A stretch of DNA of 34,648 bases from Candidatus Pacearchaeota archaeon (GTDB taxonomy: Archaea; Nanobdellota; Nanobdellia; Pacearchaeales; GW2011-AR1). Below, one piece after another: positions 26,901 through 34,648 of this stretch; position 1 is the first letter of the stretch; every line of letters starts with the position of its first letter. The position numbers were made by a program, and so were the translations under genes. The stretch is taken from the NCBI GenBank assembly GCA_038891475.1, contig JAWAEI010000001.1:1-34648 (forward strand), in the 5' to 3' direction. Under the pieces are notes generated by a model, which saw only the letters and a list, made by a program, of their open reading frames with translations, made no database searches and had not been told where the DNA came from.

Positions 26901-27172
26901 TTGGGGAAATGGAACAACAGGCATTAGTAGCTCATGGAGCTTCTTTACTTCTCAAAGAGAGATACGATTCTGATAAAATAATTCTTCCGATATGTTCTCA
27001 TTGTGGTTCAATAGCAATAGATGACACAATAAGAAATAGAAAAATATGTCCTTTGTGTAGTAGTGAAGATGTAGAGTCTGTTGAAGTTTCTTACGCCTTC
27101 AAACTTTTAGTAGATGAACTTCAAAGCCTTCATATTCAAACAACCTTCGGATTAAAAAATAAGTATGAGTAA
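23906..27172 (+). CDS. rpoB: DNA-directed RNA polymerase subunit B (Rpo2), unsplit
   Basis: 1088 aa with hallmark motifs FCPIETPEGTEIGLRKNL, GYNMEDA, GDKFATSHGQKGV, GEMEQQALVAHGA and a C-terminal zinc ribbon CSHCGS...CPLCSS. The start could be any of the ATGs at 23906-23915. Confidence 0.96.
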   Translation: MLMMINKNQHILIKRYLDEYSLVESNIISFNNFIEKRMQEIVQEISDTIENDDFEIKLGKVEVGKPKVIEADGSSSLLTPTEAKMRNLTYAAPVTLEISVKKEDQSESEVVEIGKIPIMVRSKYCNTYGMTKEELINHYFDPLDPGGYFIIKGNERIMVMAEDLAENQPFIEPDQSRGVRLKLFSSRGTYRIPIVITENKEGIFEISFSKFKNVPLIVVLKSLGMTKESEIQKYIGKVTDSVIVNLYEFIQIATKEDALLQIAEKSSMQGTKKEIINKVKQRIDFYLLPHIGQKREDRIKKAITLCKLLKQFLISKENPSVQTEKDHYANKRVRLSGDLLATLFRVNLGILIRDIQYSLQKLSKKKRNISLKVIAKSTLFSNRIESAIATGNWVGERTGITQNMDKTNYLAIISQLQRVSSMLQSEQENFPARTLHPTQYGRFCPIETPEGTEIGLRKNLSILAQVSTRIDLDKENLFKIMEEIGMSREENNGADIFLDGIYIGNVHDPKNFVKRFKERRRKGELPIQANIRYHEDLNMISISTEPGRVLRPLIIVENGVSKLKKEHLLKMEQKEMGWRDLIKEGIIEYLDASEEEDALVALSEEDITQEHTHLEIDPCDLFGVVTALVPYGNHDQSSRLNRGSKTQKQSLGLYAANYLARIDSDVSILQYPQKPIVRSFIYDFLNLYPAGQNLVVAVMTYEGYNMEDALVLNKGSVERGMGRSFYYRPYTTLEMNYAGGWKDEITIPGKDVSGYRTEASYKNLDADGIVSPETELEEGEVIIGKVSPPKFLSEAKEISIKSKKDSSVAVKQEERGIVDMVVISEDDEGNKVVKVKLRDMRIPEIGDKFATSHGQKGVIGWIADENDIPFTASGIKPDIIFNPHGLPSRMTVGYLLEVMAGKVGAESGEIIDGTSFVGLGIKELENKLEELGFRYDGKETMYNGITGKKMKVKIFIGDIYYMKLKYMVANKIHGRASGKIALLTRQPIEGRARGGALRLGEMEQQALVAHGASLLLKERYDSDKIILPICSHCGSIAIDDTIRNRKICPLCSSEDVESVEVSYAFKLLVDELQSLHIQTTFGLKNKYE

Positions 27173-27181
27173 TTTGTTAAA

Positions 27182-30100
27182 ATGATGTATATAAAAAAGT
27201 GCATAAAAGATCTTTCATTTTCATTGCTAAGTCCAGAAAAAATTAAAAAACTATCTGTGGCTAAAATAGTAACACCTGAACTTTATGATGTAGACGGTTA
27301 TCCCGTTGATGGTGGTTTAATGGATCTTAGATTGGGTGTTATCGATCCTGGATTAAGATGCAGAACTTGTGGAGGTAGGATTAAAGAGTGCTTGGGTCAT
27401 CCAGGAAGTATTGAATTAGCTAGGCCGGTTATTCATTTAAAATATGTTCCGATAATAGAACTCTGTCTAAGAGCTTTCTGTAATAATTGTGGAAAATTAA
27501 TGGTTAGTGAAAAAGAATTAATAAAAAGTCCTCCGAGCAAAATATTAAAAAAAGCAAAAGACGCAAAAAAATGTCCTTATTGCAACACCATAGCTGAAAA
27601 AATAAAATTAGAAAAGCCAACAACCTTCTATAGAAAGAAAATAAGGATTTCTCCTATAGAAATAAGAGAAATTTTGTCAAATATCAAGGATAGTGAGCTT
27701 TTAAAAGTTGGAATAAATCCAAAAAGTTTTAGGCCAGAATGGGCCGTTCTAACTTATCTTTTAGTTCCTTCTGTAACGGTTAGACCAAGCATTATACTAG
27801 AAACAGGGGAGAGAAGCGAGGATGATCTCACTCATAAACTCTCAGATATAGTAAGAGCTAATCAGAGGTTATGGGAAAACCTAAATGCTGGTGCTCCTGA
27901 AGTTATAATAGATGACCTATGGGATCTTCTTCAGTTTCATGTAACTACATTTTTTGATAATTCTGTTCCAGGCATTCCTCCGGCAAGGCATCGATCAGGT
28001 CAATTGTTGAAAACTATAACAGAGAGAATTAAGGGAAAAGAAGGAAGAATAAGAAAGAACCTGGCTGGGAAGAGAGTAAATTACTCAGGAAGAACAGTTA
28101 TTTCACCAGATCCATCAATAAAGATAAATGAAGTTGGAATACCGTTTGAGATAGCAAAAATAGTGACAGTTGCAGAAAGTGTTAATGATTTAAATATTGA
28201 TTCTATGAAAAAATTGGTACAAAACGGGTCAGTATATCCCGGCGCTAATTATGTTATAAGACCTGATGGAAAGAGGAAGAAAATAACAGATGATTTAAAA
28301 GAAGAAATAATAAATGAGTTATCACCGGGCTATAAAATTGAAAGACATCTACGTGATGGCGATATTGTACTTTTTAATAGGCATCCAAGCTTACATAAGG
28401 GAAGTTTAATGGCTCATTATGTAAGAGTGCTACCTGGAAGAACCTTTAGGCTTCATCCAGCCGTCGCAACACCTTATAATGCTGACTTTGATGGGGATGA
28501 AATGAATATTCACAGTCCGCAAACAGAAGAAGCCCGCGCAGAGGCAGAGGTTATTTTGGAAGTAAAGAAGAATCTTATAACTCAAAAAAATAATACAAAT
28601 TGGGTTGGTTGTGTTGAAGATGCAATAACCGGTAACTATATGCTGGGATTTGATGAATTCTCCAGAGAAGAAGCAAATCAATTATTGTATAACTCTGGCG
28701 TAGATTATTATTTCTCTAAAAAAACAGTTTCTGGAATAGAATTATTCTCTAAAATAATACCTAAAATAGACTTTTCTAATGACAAAGTAAAAATTAAGGA
28801 TGGGGAGATAGTAAGCGGAGTAATCGACAAAACACTTTTCGGTGATGAGGATGGTATGTTAATAAAAGAGATTGACAGAGAGTACGGGAGAGAAGTCGTT
28901 TTTGATACAATTGAGAAGGCGTTTAGATTAGGAAAGAATTATCTTTCTGAAAGAGGAATTACTATATCTTTAAAAGATTTTGATGTAGAAGAAAGGATAT
29001 TGAATGAAAGTGAAGAGATCATAAAGAAGGCTGAGGGTAAAGCGAATGATATTATCTCATCCTACAACAAAGGAACACTAGAACAAATTCAGGGGAAAAG
29101 TCTTGAAGAATCAAGAGAGATAAAAATTCTAAGAACACTAAATGAAGTAAGAACCCAAATAGGCGAGATAATTAAGAGAGAATTGCCAAAAGACAACCCG
29201 GTAGCTTATATGATACACTCTGGAGGTGGAGGGAGTATCCTTAATATAACTCAAATGGCGTGTTGTGTTGGACAACAAGATTTCGAAGGTAAAAGGGTTA
29301 GCATAGGCTACACGGGAAGAACCTTATCTTTCTTCAAGAAAGGAGATTTATCTCCAAAAGCTAGAGGATTTATAAAAAGTTCATTTATAAAAGGACTAAG
29401 ACCCGATGAATTCTTTTTTCAATCAATGACCGGCAGAGCATCACTAATGGATACTGCATTAAGAACTCCAAAATCAGGCTATTTATATAGAAGACTTGCC
29501 AATGCCATCCAAGATCTAAGGAAGGAATATGACGGAACAATTAGAGACAGTAATAATAATATAATTCAGTATATTTATGGAGACGATGGTTTTGATGTCT
29601 CTAAACTCCATTTAAAGGAGGACAGAGAACTAGAACCGGGTGAAGCCATTGGACTTATAACTGCTCAATCTTTTGGTGAACCCTCGACTCAAATGGTCTT
29701 GAGAACATTCCACTTTGCAGGGGTTACTGAAATGCAGATAACGCAGGGGCTACCAAGACTTATTGAAATATTCGACGCAAGGAAAATTCCTTCATCCCCG
29801 AAAATGGAGATATATTTAAAAAAAGAATATGACAACGAAAAAGACGCCGGTATCTTTGCTGAGAAGATAAGAGAAGTAACACTTCAAGATATAGTTTCAG
29901 AGATAAATGTAGATTTTACTAACAAAAAAATAGAATTAATTATTGATAAGTCGAGAATTAGGGGAAGTGGTCTAACAATAAATAAAGTGGTCGATAAACT
30001 AAATGAAAAAAAATATAATGCAAAGGAGAAATCTGGCATCATCTTGATAAATGTTGGGGAAAAGAGCTATAAGGAAATTTATCAAATAAAAGAAAAAATA

Positions 30101-30667
30101 AAGAAAGAGGTTATTTATGGGATAAAGGGAATAAAACAGGTGTTGGTAGTTAAGAGGGATAATACTTATGTAATTATGACTTTAGGAACAAATCTTAAAA
30201 AAATTTTTGAAATGGAAGAGGTCAATAAGGATAAAACAATCTCTAATGACCTTCACGAAGTCGCGAGTGTACTTGGTATAGAAGCCGCTAGAAATCTTAT
30301 AATAAATGAGATTCAAAGTGTTTTGAATGTTCAGGGATTGAATATTGATAAAAAACATCTAAAACTTGTTGCAGATGCTATGACTAACACTGGAGAAGTT
30401 AGAGGAGTTACTAGAATTGGAATAATTGCACAGAAATCTTCAATACTTGCAAGAGCTACTTTTGAAACACCAATAAAACAGTTTATCAACTCAACGCTTA
30501 AAGGAAGTAAAGATAGATTATTAAGTGTTATAGAAAATATTATCCTAAATCAACCAGTCCCGGTAGGAACCGGACTTCCTGGGCTTCTTGTTAAAGTTGT
30601 TGGGCCACTAACTATAGAAGAAATGCGTGAGAAACGAGTAGAGAAACTCGAAAGTGAAGAAGAGTAA
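27182..30667 (+). CDS. rpoA: DNA-directed RNA polymerase subunit A (Rpo1), with the A' and A'' parts fused in one ORF
   Basis: 1161 aa.
- A' features: zinc motifs CRTCGG...GHPG and CNNCG...CPYC, active site YNADFDGDEMNIH, bridge helix GRASLMDTALRTPKSGYLYRRL.
- These are followed without a stop by the A'' trigger-loop region EPGEAIGLITAQSFGEPSTQMVLRTFHFAGV...GLPRLIEIFDARK.
The junction is at about 29600-29640. Confidence 0.93.
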   Translation: MMYIKKCIKDLSFSLLSPEKIKKLSVAKIVTPELYDVDGYPVDGGLMDLRLGVIDPGLRCRTCGGRIKECLGHPGSIELARPVIHLKYVPIIELCLRAFCNNCGKLMVSEKELIKSPPSKILKKAKDAKKCPYCNTIAEKIKLEKPTTFYRKKIRISPIEIREILSNIKDSELLKVGINPKSFRPEWAVLTYLLVPSVTVRPSIILETGERSEDDLTHKLSDIVRANQRLWENLNAGAPEVIIDDLWDLLQFHVTTFFDNSVPGIPPARHRSGQLLKTITERIKGKEGRIRKNLAGKRVNYSGRTVISPDPSIKINEVGIPFEIAKIVTVAESVNDLNIDSMKKLVQNGSVYPGANYVIRPDGKRKKITDDLKEEIINELSPGYKIERHLRDGDIVLFNRHPSLHKGSLMAHYVRVLPGRTFRLHPAVATPYNADFDGDEMNIHSPQTEEARAEAEVILEVKKNLITQKNNTNWVGCVEDAITGNYMLGFDEFSREEANQLLYNSGVDYYFSKKTVSGIELFSKIIPKIDFSNDKVKIKDGEIVSGVIDKTLFGDEDGMLIKEIDREYGREVVFDTIEKAFRLGKNYLSERGITISLKDFDVEERILNESEEIIKKAEGKANDIISSYNKGTLEQIQGKSLEESREIKILRTLNEVRTQIGEIIKRELPKDNPVAYMIHSGGGGSILNITQMACCVGQQDFEGKRVSIGYTGRTLSFFKKGDLSPKARGFIKSSFIKGLRPDEFFFQSMTGRASLMDTALRTPKSGYLYRRLANAIQDLRKEYDGTIRDSNNNIIQYIYGDDGFDVSKLHLKEDRELEPGEAIGLITAQSFGEPSTQMVLRTFHFAGVTEMQITQGLPRLIEIFDARKIPSSPKMEIYLKKEYDNEKDAGIFAEKIREVTLQDIVSEINVDFTNKKIELIIDKSRIRGSGLTINKVVDKLNEKKYNAKEKSGIILINVGEKSYKEIYQIKEKIKKEVIYGIKGIKQVLVVKRDNTYVIMTLGTNLKKIFEMEEVNKDKTISNDLHEVASVLGIEAARNLIINEIQSVLNVQGLNIDKKHLKLVADAMTNTGEVRGVTRIGIIAQKSSILARATFETPIKQFINSTLKGSKDRLLSVIENIILNQPVPVGTGLPGLLVKVVGPLTIEEMREKRVEKLESEEE

Positions 30668-30714
30668 TAAATAATAAAAAAATTTATAAAAAAACTTCTC
30701 TTGGGATTTATAAG

Positions 30715-30722
30715 AGAGGTGA
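30715..30722 (+). promoter_or_regulatory. Shine-Dalgarno sequence (GAGGTGAT) for nusA
   Basis: It is fully complementary to the conserved 3' end of 16S rRNA (...AUCACCUC...). It lies 4 nt upstream of the ATG at 30727. Confidence 0.6.
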
Positions 30723-30726
30723 TAAA

Positions 30727-31140
30727 ATGCCCAATGTTATAGATATGCAAAAGATAAGGTACTTGAACCTTTTTGAAAAAATTAGTGGGGTAAGAGCAAA
30801 ATTCTGTTTTGTATATAACAGAAACCTAATATTTTGTGTCCCTCGAAGAAGTATAAAAAGAGCAATAGGAAGGAAGGGGATTAATTTGAAAAAGATAGGT
30901 GGCATTTTAAAGAGAAGAGTAAGAATTATCGCCGAACCCTCTAAATCGAGGGGAATTGAATCATTTTTGAGGTCAATAGTTAGCCCAATAGATATAAAAA
31001 AGAATAGAGTAGATGAGGAAAAAGTAATCATAGAGGGGGGGCATAATAAGGCTGCTTTAATAGGAAGAAACAAAGGGAAGATGATCGAGTTACAAAAAAT
31101 AATTAAAGATTTTTTCGGAAAAAAGCTTAGAATAGTCTAA
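30727..31140 (+). CDS. nusA: Archaeal NusA-like KH-domain protein
   Basis: 137 aa with KH GXXG-type segments ([13 protein letters not shown] and [16 protein letters not shown]). It occupies the canonical position between rpoA and rps12. Confidence 0.8.
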   Translation: MPNVIDMQKIRYLNLFEKISGVRAKFCFVYNRNLIFCVPRRSIKRAIGRKGINLKKIGGILKRRVRIIAEPSKSRGIESFLRSIVSPIDIKKNRVDEEKVIIEGGHNKAALIGRNKGKMIELQKIIKDFFGKKLRIV

Positions 31141-31186
31141 ATTATTTTTAGAAAAAATTTTTAAACTCCTATCTAATCAATTTTCT

Positions 31187-31609
31187 ATGGGATTAAAAAA
31201 TGCCTTGAAATTGAAGAAAAATAGAAAAAAATTTAGGTGGAGTGATTTTAAGTATAAGTCAAGAGTCTTAAAGTTACGAGAGAAATCTGATCCATTAGGA
31301 AGAGCGCATCAAGCTAAGGGGATAGTTCTTCAAAAAGTTCAAAAAGAGGCAAAACAGCCTAATTCTGCTATGAGAAAGTGTTGTAAAGTTCAGTTAAAGA
31401 AAAGTGGTAAAGTAGTCACAGCATTTATTCCTGGCAATCTTGCTCAAAAATTTATCGATGAACATGATGAAGTTCTTATCCAGAGAATTGGGGGTAAACA
31501 GGGGAGAACTAAGGGAGATATTCCTGGTGTCAGATTTGAAGTAATTCAAGTTAATGACCAACCCCTTCATCGTCTTGTAAAGGGATTAATAGAGAAAGGA
31601 AGGAGATAA
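31187..31609 (+). CDS. rps12: 30S ribosomal protein S12 (uS12)
   Basis: 140 aa. [15 protein letters not shown]...[10 protein letters not shown]...DEVLI...[18 protein letters not shown] is a typical archaeal uS12. Confidence 0.95.
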   Translation: MGLKNALKLKKNRKKFRWSDFKYKSRVLKLREKSDPLGRAHQAKGIVLQKVQKEAKQPNSAMRKCCKVQLKKSGKVVTAFIPGNLAQKFIDEHDEVLIQRIGGKQGRTKGDIPGVRFEVIQVNDQPLHRLVKGLIEKGRR

Positions 31610-31621
31610 TTATAGTGTAGA

Positions 31622-32248
31622 ATGGGAGAAAAAAAAATAGAACAAATTAAAAACCTGAAATTTAAACTTTTTGATTTATATGAAACTGAGAATATAATAG
31701 TTAATGATATAGGGCTGAGAAGCGTCATAAATTTAAACCCAAAACTTATACCAAAAAGTTATGGAAGGAATGTAGCAAAATTTGGGCAGACCAGAGTTAA
31801 CATAGTTGAAAGATTGATTAATAGGATTTGTGTCGCCGGCCATAGAGGTAAAAAACATAAAATCATTGTCGGCCATTCAACAGGAAAATTTTCAAAAATT
31901 GCAAAAAAAGTTATTGAAGCATTTAAAATAATAGAAAAAAGAAAGGGAAAAAACCCTGTAGAAGTGTTTGTTAGAGCAATAGAGAATTCTGCGCCAAGAG
32001 ATGAAATTACTACAATAGAGTATGGTGGAGCAAGGTATCCTGTCGCAGTAGATGTCTCGCCCCTAAGGCGAGTTAATTTAGCAATTAAGCACATAGTTCA
32101 CGGTGCATTTGATAGGTCGTTTGGAAAAAAGAAAAAAATAGAGGAGGCTCTTGCAGAAGAGATAATTCTCGCATCAGAAGGAAATCAAGAAAGTTTCGCA
32201 ATAAGAAAAAAAATAGAGTTAGAAAAACAAGCCGATAGTGCAAGATAA
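31622..32248 (+). CDS. rps7: 30S ribosomal protein S7 (uS7)
   Basis: 208 aa. VERLINRI...GKK...AFKIIE...NPVEVFVRAIENSAPRDE...GGARYPVAVDVSPLRRVNLA is a typical archaeal uS7. Confidence 0.93.
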   Translation: MGEKKIEQIKNLKFKLFDLYETENIIVNDIGLRSVINLNPKLIPKSYGRNVAKFGQTRVNIVERLINRICVAGHRGKKHKIIVGHSTGKFSKIAKKVIEAFKIIEKRKGKNPVEVFVRAIENSAPRDEITTIEYGGARYPVAVDVSPLRRVNLAIKHIVHGAFDRSFGKKKKIEEALAEEIILASEGNQESFAIRKKIELEKQADSAR

Positions 32249-32312
32249 AAAAGTGCTTTTAATAAATTAAAACATTTAAAAAATACTAAAATCTTCTTAT
32301 AAAAAGATAAAA

Positions 32313-32825
32313 ATGAGAAATAAGGTTGTGGGGTTTATCATACTAGGAATAGGGGCTCTAATAGGCTTTATAATCTTTTCTTTTAATAAAGCGTTGAAAG
32401 ATATATTAAACGCTACATGCAGTCACGGCTTATCTTGCCCCATGCAAAAAACTATAAACTTCCAGACAAATATTAGCTTGGGAGTAATGTTTTTTGTTGT
32501 GATGATTGCTTTATACTTAATTTTCTTTGGAGAAGAGGAAAAAATTATTACAAAAATTAGAACAATAAAACCGAGGCTTGAGTTAAAGAAAATCACAAAA
32601 GAGAGTTATCGGGAAGTTTTAAATAAATTAAATGATGACGAAAAAATTATTCTTGAGAAGATAATAGAGTCGGAGGGAGCAATCTTTCAATCAGAATTGG
32701 TTGATAAAACAAATCTCTCTAAAGTTAAGGTTACCAGGGTTCTTGATAAATTAGAAGGAAAGGGGTTAATTGAGAGAAGGAGACGCGGAATGACTAACAT
32801 TATAATTTTAAGACAAACGCAGTGA
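32313..32825 (+). CDS. Membrane-anchored winged-helix (MarR/TrmB-like) putative transcription regulator
   Basis: 170 aa. It has two predicted transmembrane helices flanking a loop with CSHGLSC, then a cytoplasmic winged HTH: IILEKIIESEGAIFQSELVDKTNLSKVKVTRVLDKLEGKGLIERRRRG. Confidence 0.6.
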   Translation: MRNKVVGFIILGIGALIGFIIFSFNKALKDILNATCSHGLSCPMQKTINFQTNISLGVMFFVVMIALYLIFFGEEEKIITKIRTIKPRLELKKITKESYREVLNKLNDDEKIILEKIIESEGAIFQSELVDKTNLSKVKVTRVLDKLEGKGLIERRRRGMTNIIILRQTQ

Positions 32826-32993
32826 AAAACGAAAAATTAATTTAGAGAACTTATCAGGATCATAGATATTAAAATGATTCAATAAATAAAATATTCATGA
32901 GCTAATTTAAATTTATTAACATGGGTTAAATTAGATAATTACATGATTTGACAATAAATACTTTTCAAAACAGCAAGTTTCAAATGAATATTA

Positions 32994-34295
32994 TCACCAA
33001 AAGAAACTCTCAATTTTCACATTTTGTTTTTTAACTCCCATCTCTTTTAATATTCTAAATACTCTATCTTTCATCGGTTCTGGACCACAAATATAAAATA
33101 AAGAGTCATTAAAGTTATCTACGTTGTTCTTAATTATCTTACCGTCTACATGGCCCCTCAACCAGCTTTCGGAGGATTTTTCTTCTTTTGATAAAACATA
33201 AATTCTCCTAAACCACCTTTTTCTTATTCTGTCTAATTCTCTTTTAAATATAATATCTTCTTTTGTCTTAGAACTGTAAATTAAAGTTATATTTTGTGGT
33301 CTACTTGAATCGAGATTATTTTTTATCATACTCATAAAAGGGGTTATTCCCACCCCCCCGGCAATAAACACTAAATCTTTAGTTCTATCTTTATCTTCAA
33401 TAACAAAAATTCCAAAAGGACCATCTACAATAACTTCTTCCCCTTTTTTTAACTCTTTAGCTATCTTAGTAAATTTTCCACGTATTTTCATTGTGAAATC
33501 TAAGGTATCTTCATTTGGAGCACTAGAAATAGTAAAGGGGTGTCTTGCATATAATTTATCTTTATTTATTCTTAAAAAACAAAATTGACCTGGCTTAAAA
33601 TTTAATCTCTCACTTGTTTTCAATCTAATCGTAAAGGTATCCCGAGTTTCCCATTTAATTTCTCTAACATAACATCTGAATTTTTTATGTTTTAATTTGT
33701 AATTAATTCTGTAGACTCCCCCCGCTGTTACACCAAATAATAAAATGATAAGTATCAGTTTAACAAAAAATACCTTTGTTTCGGACCCAATATTCATGGC
33801 GTGATATAGACTAAAGAAAAATAAAACATAATTTAGAATATGGAGATATTGCCAGGCCTGATAAGATATCCTTTTATATAATACCGAACAAAACAAGACA
33901 CTAATCAGAAGATAAAGAGCCAATGTTCCGAATATGAATGGGGCTGATGTAAAATTTGGAATTAAATACTTTAAGTAAAAATTGTTAGAAAAAATCAAAA
34001 ATATAGGATGGAATAAAACAAAAAACGCTGTTATTAATACAAACTTTCTCTGAAATTTTATTATTCTATCCATCCCAAAGAATCTATCAAAAAACCTTGC
34101 TGTATCGCCTGAAATTATTAAAATAGAGAGAAAAATGAATCCTATTAAACCAAAGAATTTCCCCAATGAATAAGACAAATTACTATATGTTATATCTCTT
34201 GGTATTGGTAAAATTATCAAATAAATTAGGACAATAGGGATAAAAATAAATATAATGAATATCAATATGAAAAGAAATAATCTACTAAAGTGCAT
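32994..34295 (-). CDS. NOX/ferric-reductase family flavocytochrome (6-TM ferric-reductase domain plus FAD and NAD(P)H binding domains)
   Basis: 433 aa. The transmembrane part has paired histidines (LFHPIF and YLHILNYVLFFFSLYH, spacing 13). The FNR-like part has HPFTISS, GPFG, GGVGITPF and CGP. An AAGGAG lies 7 nt upstream of the ATG. Confidence 0.8.
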   Translation of the reverse strand: MHFSRLFLFILIFIIFIFIPIVLIYLIILPIPRDITYSNLSYSLGKFFGLIGFIFLSILIISGDTARFFDRFFGMDRIIKFQRKFVLITAFFVLFHPIFLIFSNNFYLKYLIPNFTSAPFIFGTLALYLLISVLFCSVLYKRISYQAWQYLHILNYVLFFFSLYHAMNIGSETKVFFVKLILIILLFGVTAGGVYRINYKLKHKKFRCYVREIKWETRDTFTIRLKTSERLNFKPGQFCFLRINKDKLYARHPFTISSAPNEDTLDFTMKIRGKFTKIAKELKKGEEVIVDGPFGIFVIEDKDRTKDLVFIAGGVGITPFMSMIKNNLDSSRPQNITLIYSSKTKEDIIFKRELDRIRKRWFRRIYVLSKEEKSSESWLRGHVDGKIIKNNVDNFNDSLFYICGPEPMKDRVFRILKEMGVKKQNVKIESFFW

Positions 34296-34317
34296 ATTTA
34301 TACTCCTTTATTTCCTA

Positions 34318-34593
34318 TTATTGTAAATCACCAATATAATATCTTTCTAATAGTTTACGTGCATTTTCAGAATGAGGTGTTCCGGAACCTATTTTCTCTC
34401 CAGTTTCTGTTGTCCTGGTCTCAAACAACTTCGTAGAGTCTTTACCACAACCCAGTTCTATTTGTGGCGGATGTTCTCCTAGGGCAATAAAATTAGTTAT
34501 ATCATAAACCTTTTGATTGATTATTATCCAACAATCTTCTGGAGAATTATGTTTAGAAACCTCTTTAAAAGTAATTTTTTCTATACCACCCAT
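34318..34593 (-). CDS. Cytochrome b5-like haem-binding domain protein
   Basis: 91 aa. ITFKEVSKHNSPEDCWIIINQKVYDITNFIALGEHPP...TPHSENARKLLERYYIGDL follows the cytochrome b5 fold pattern (H-x-x-x-x-D-C-W, VYD-[IV]-T, HP, HS). It ends 22 nt upstream of the NOX-like gene. Confidence 0.7.
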   Translation of the reverse strand: MGGIEKITFKEVSKHNSPEDCWIIINQKVYDITNFIALGEHPPQIELGCGKDSTKLFETRTTETGEKIGSGTPHSENARKLLERYYIGDLQ

Positions 34594-34648
34594 ATTTTGA
34601 TTCGTACTTTCTAATATAGTTTGTCGATTAGTATTTTCAGGTAGAATT

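Noticed and set aside
30708-31073. A 121-aa ORF antisense to nusA, and a similar 111-aa ORF at 31759-32094 antisense to rps7
   Set aside because: They overlap well-supported conserved genes on the other strand. Their translations are hydrophobic low-complexity sequence.
32902-32934. A hairpin (ctaatttaa / ttaaattag, 15-nt loop) between convergent genes, as a possible terminator or RNA element
   Set aside because: The stem is made only of A:T pairs apart from one G:C pair, so its stability is low. Archaeal termination is mostly oligo-T driven. It is not distinguishable from chance.
1-34648. A search for CRISPR arrays, transposases, integrases, prophage genes, and the possibility that the window is bacterial (CPR) because of the sigma gene
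   Set aside because: - No regularly spaced direct repeats were seen.
- No recombinase-like translation was seen.
- All translation, transcription, replication and chaperone markers are archaeal types, so a bacterial origin for the contig is untenable.

Overview
This is an AT-rich, very gene-dense chromosomal segment with short or overlapping intergenic gaps. I infer it comes from an archaeon, probably a small-genome DPANN-like lineage. The markers are an rpoH-rpoB-rpoA-nusA-rps12-rps7 cluster, aEF-2, aEF-1alpha, a thermosome, archaeal DnaG, two intron-containing tRNAs including an A1:U72 initiator tRNA, and BRE/TATA-type promoters.

The other genes are mostly housekeeping:
- rps10, a long ThyX-like protein, RNase HII, PCMT, endonuclease IV
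- TrxR, a VIT1 transporter, a PAP2 phosphatase, a CBS protein, surface and membrane proteins

The observations most worth a second look are:
1. A bacterial-type sigma-70 homologue overlaps the 3' end of the thermosome gene. It sits at the head of a possible stress operon (thermosome, sigma, VIT1, TrxR), only 2.4 kb from the archaeal RNAP genes.
2. An SMC-headed protein has no hinge. It carries a Rad50-like CPLC zinc hook at its exact midpoint.
3. rpoA is a single fused A'+A'' gene.
4. A cytochrome b5 plus NOX/ferric-reductase gene pair lies at the right edge.
5. A patchwork of decayed restriction-modification fragments lies at the left edge.
6. There is a HAD pseudogene and a repeat-protein gene broken at an A7 run.

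I saw no CRISPR array, transposase or integrase. All homology calls come from reading the translations by eye; nothing was searched.
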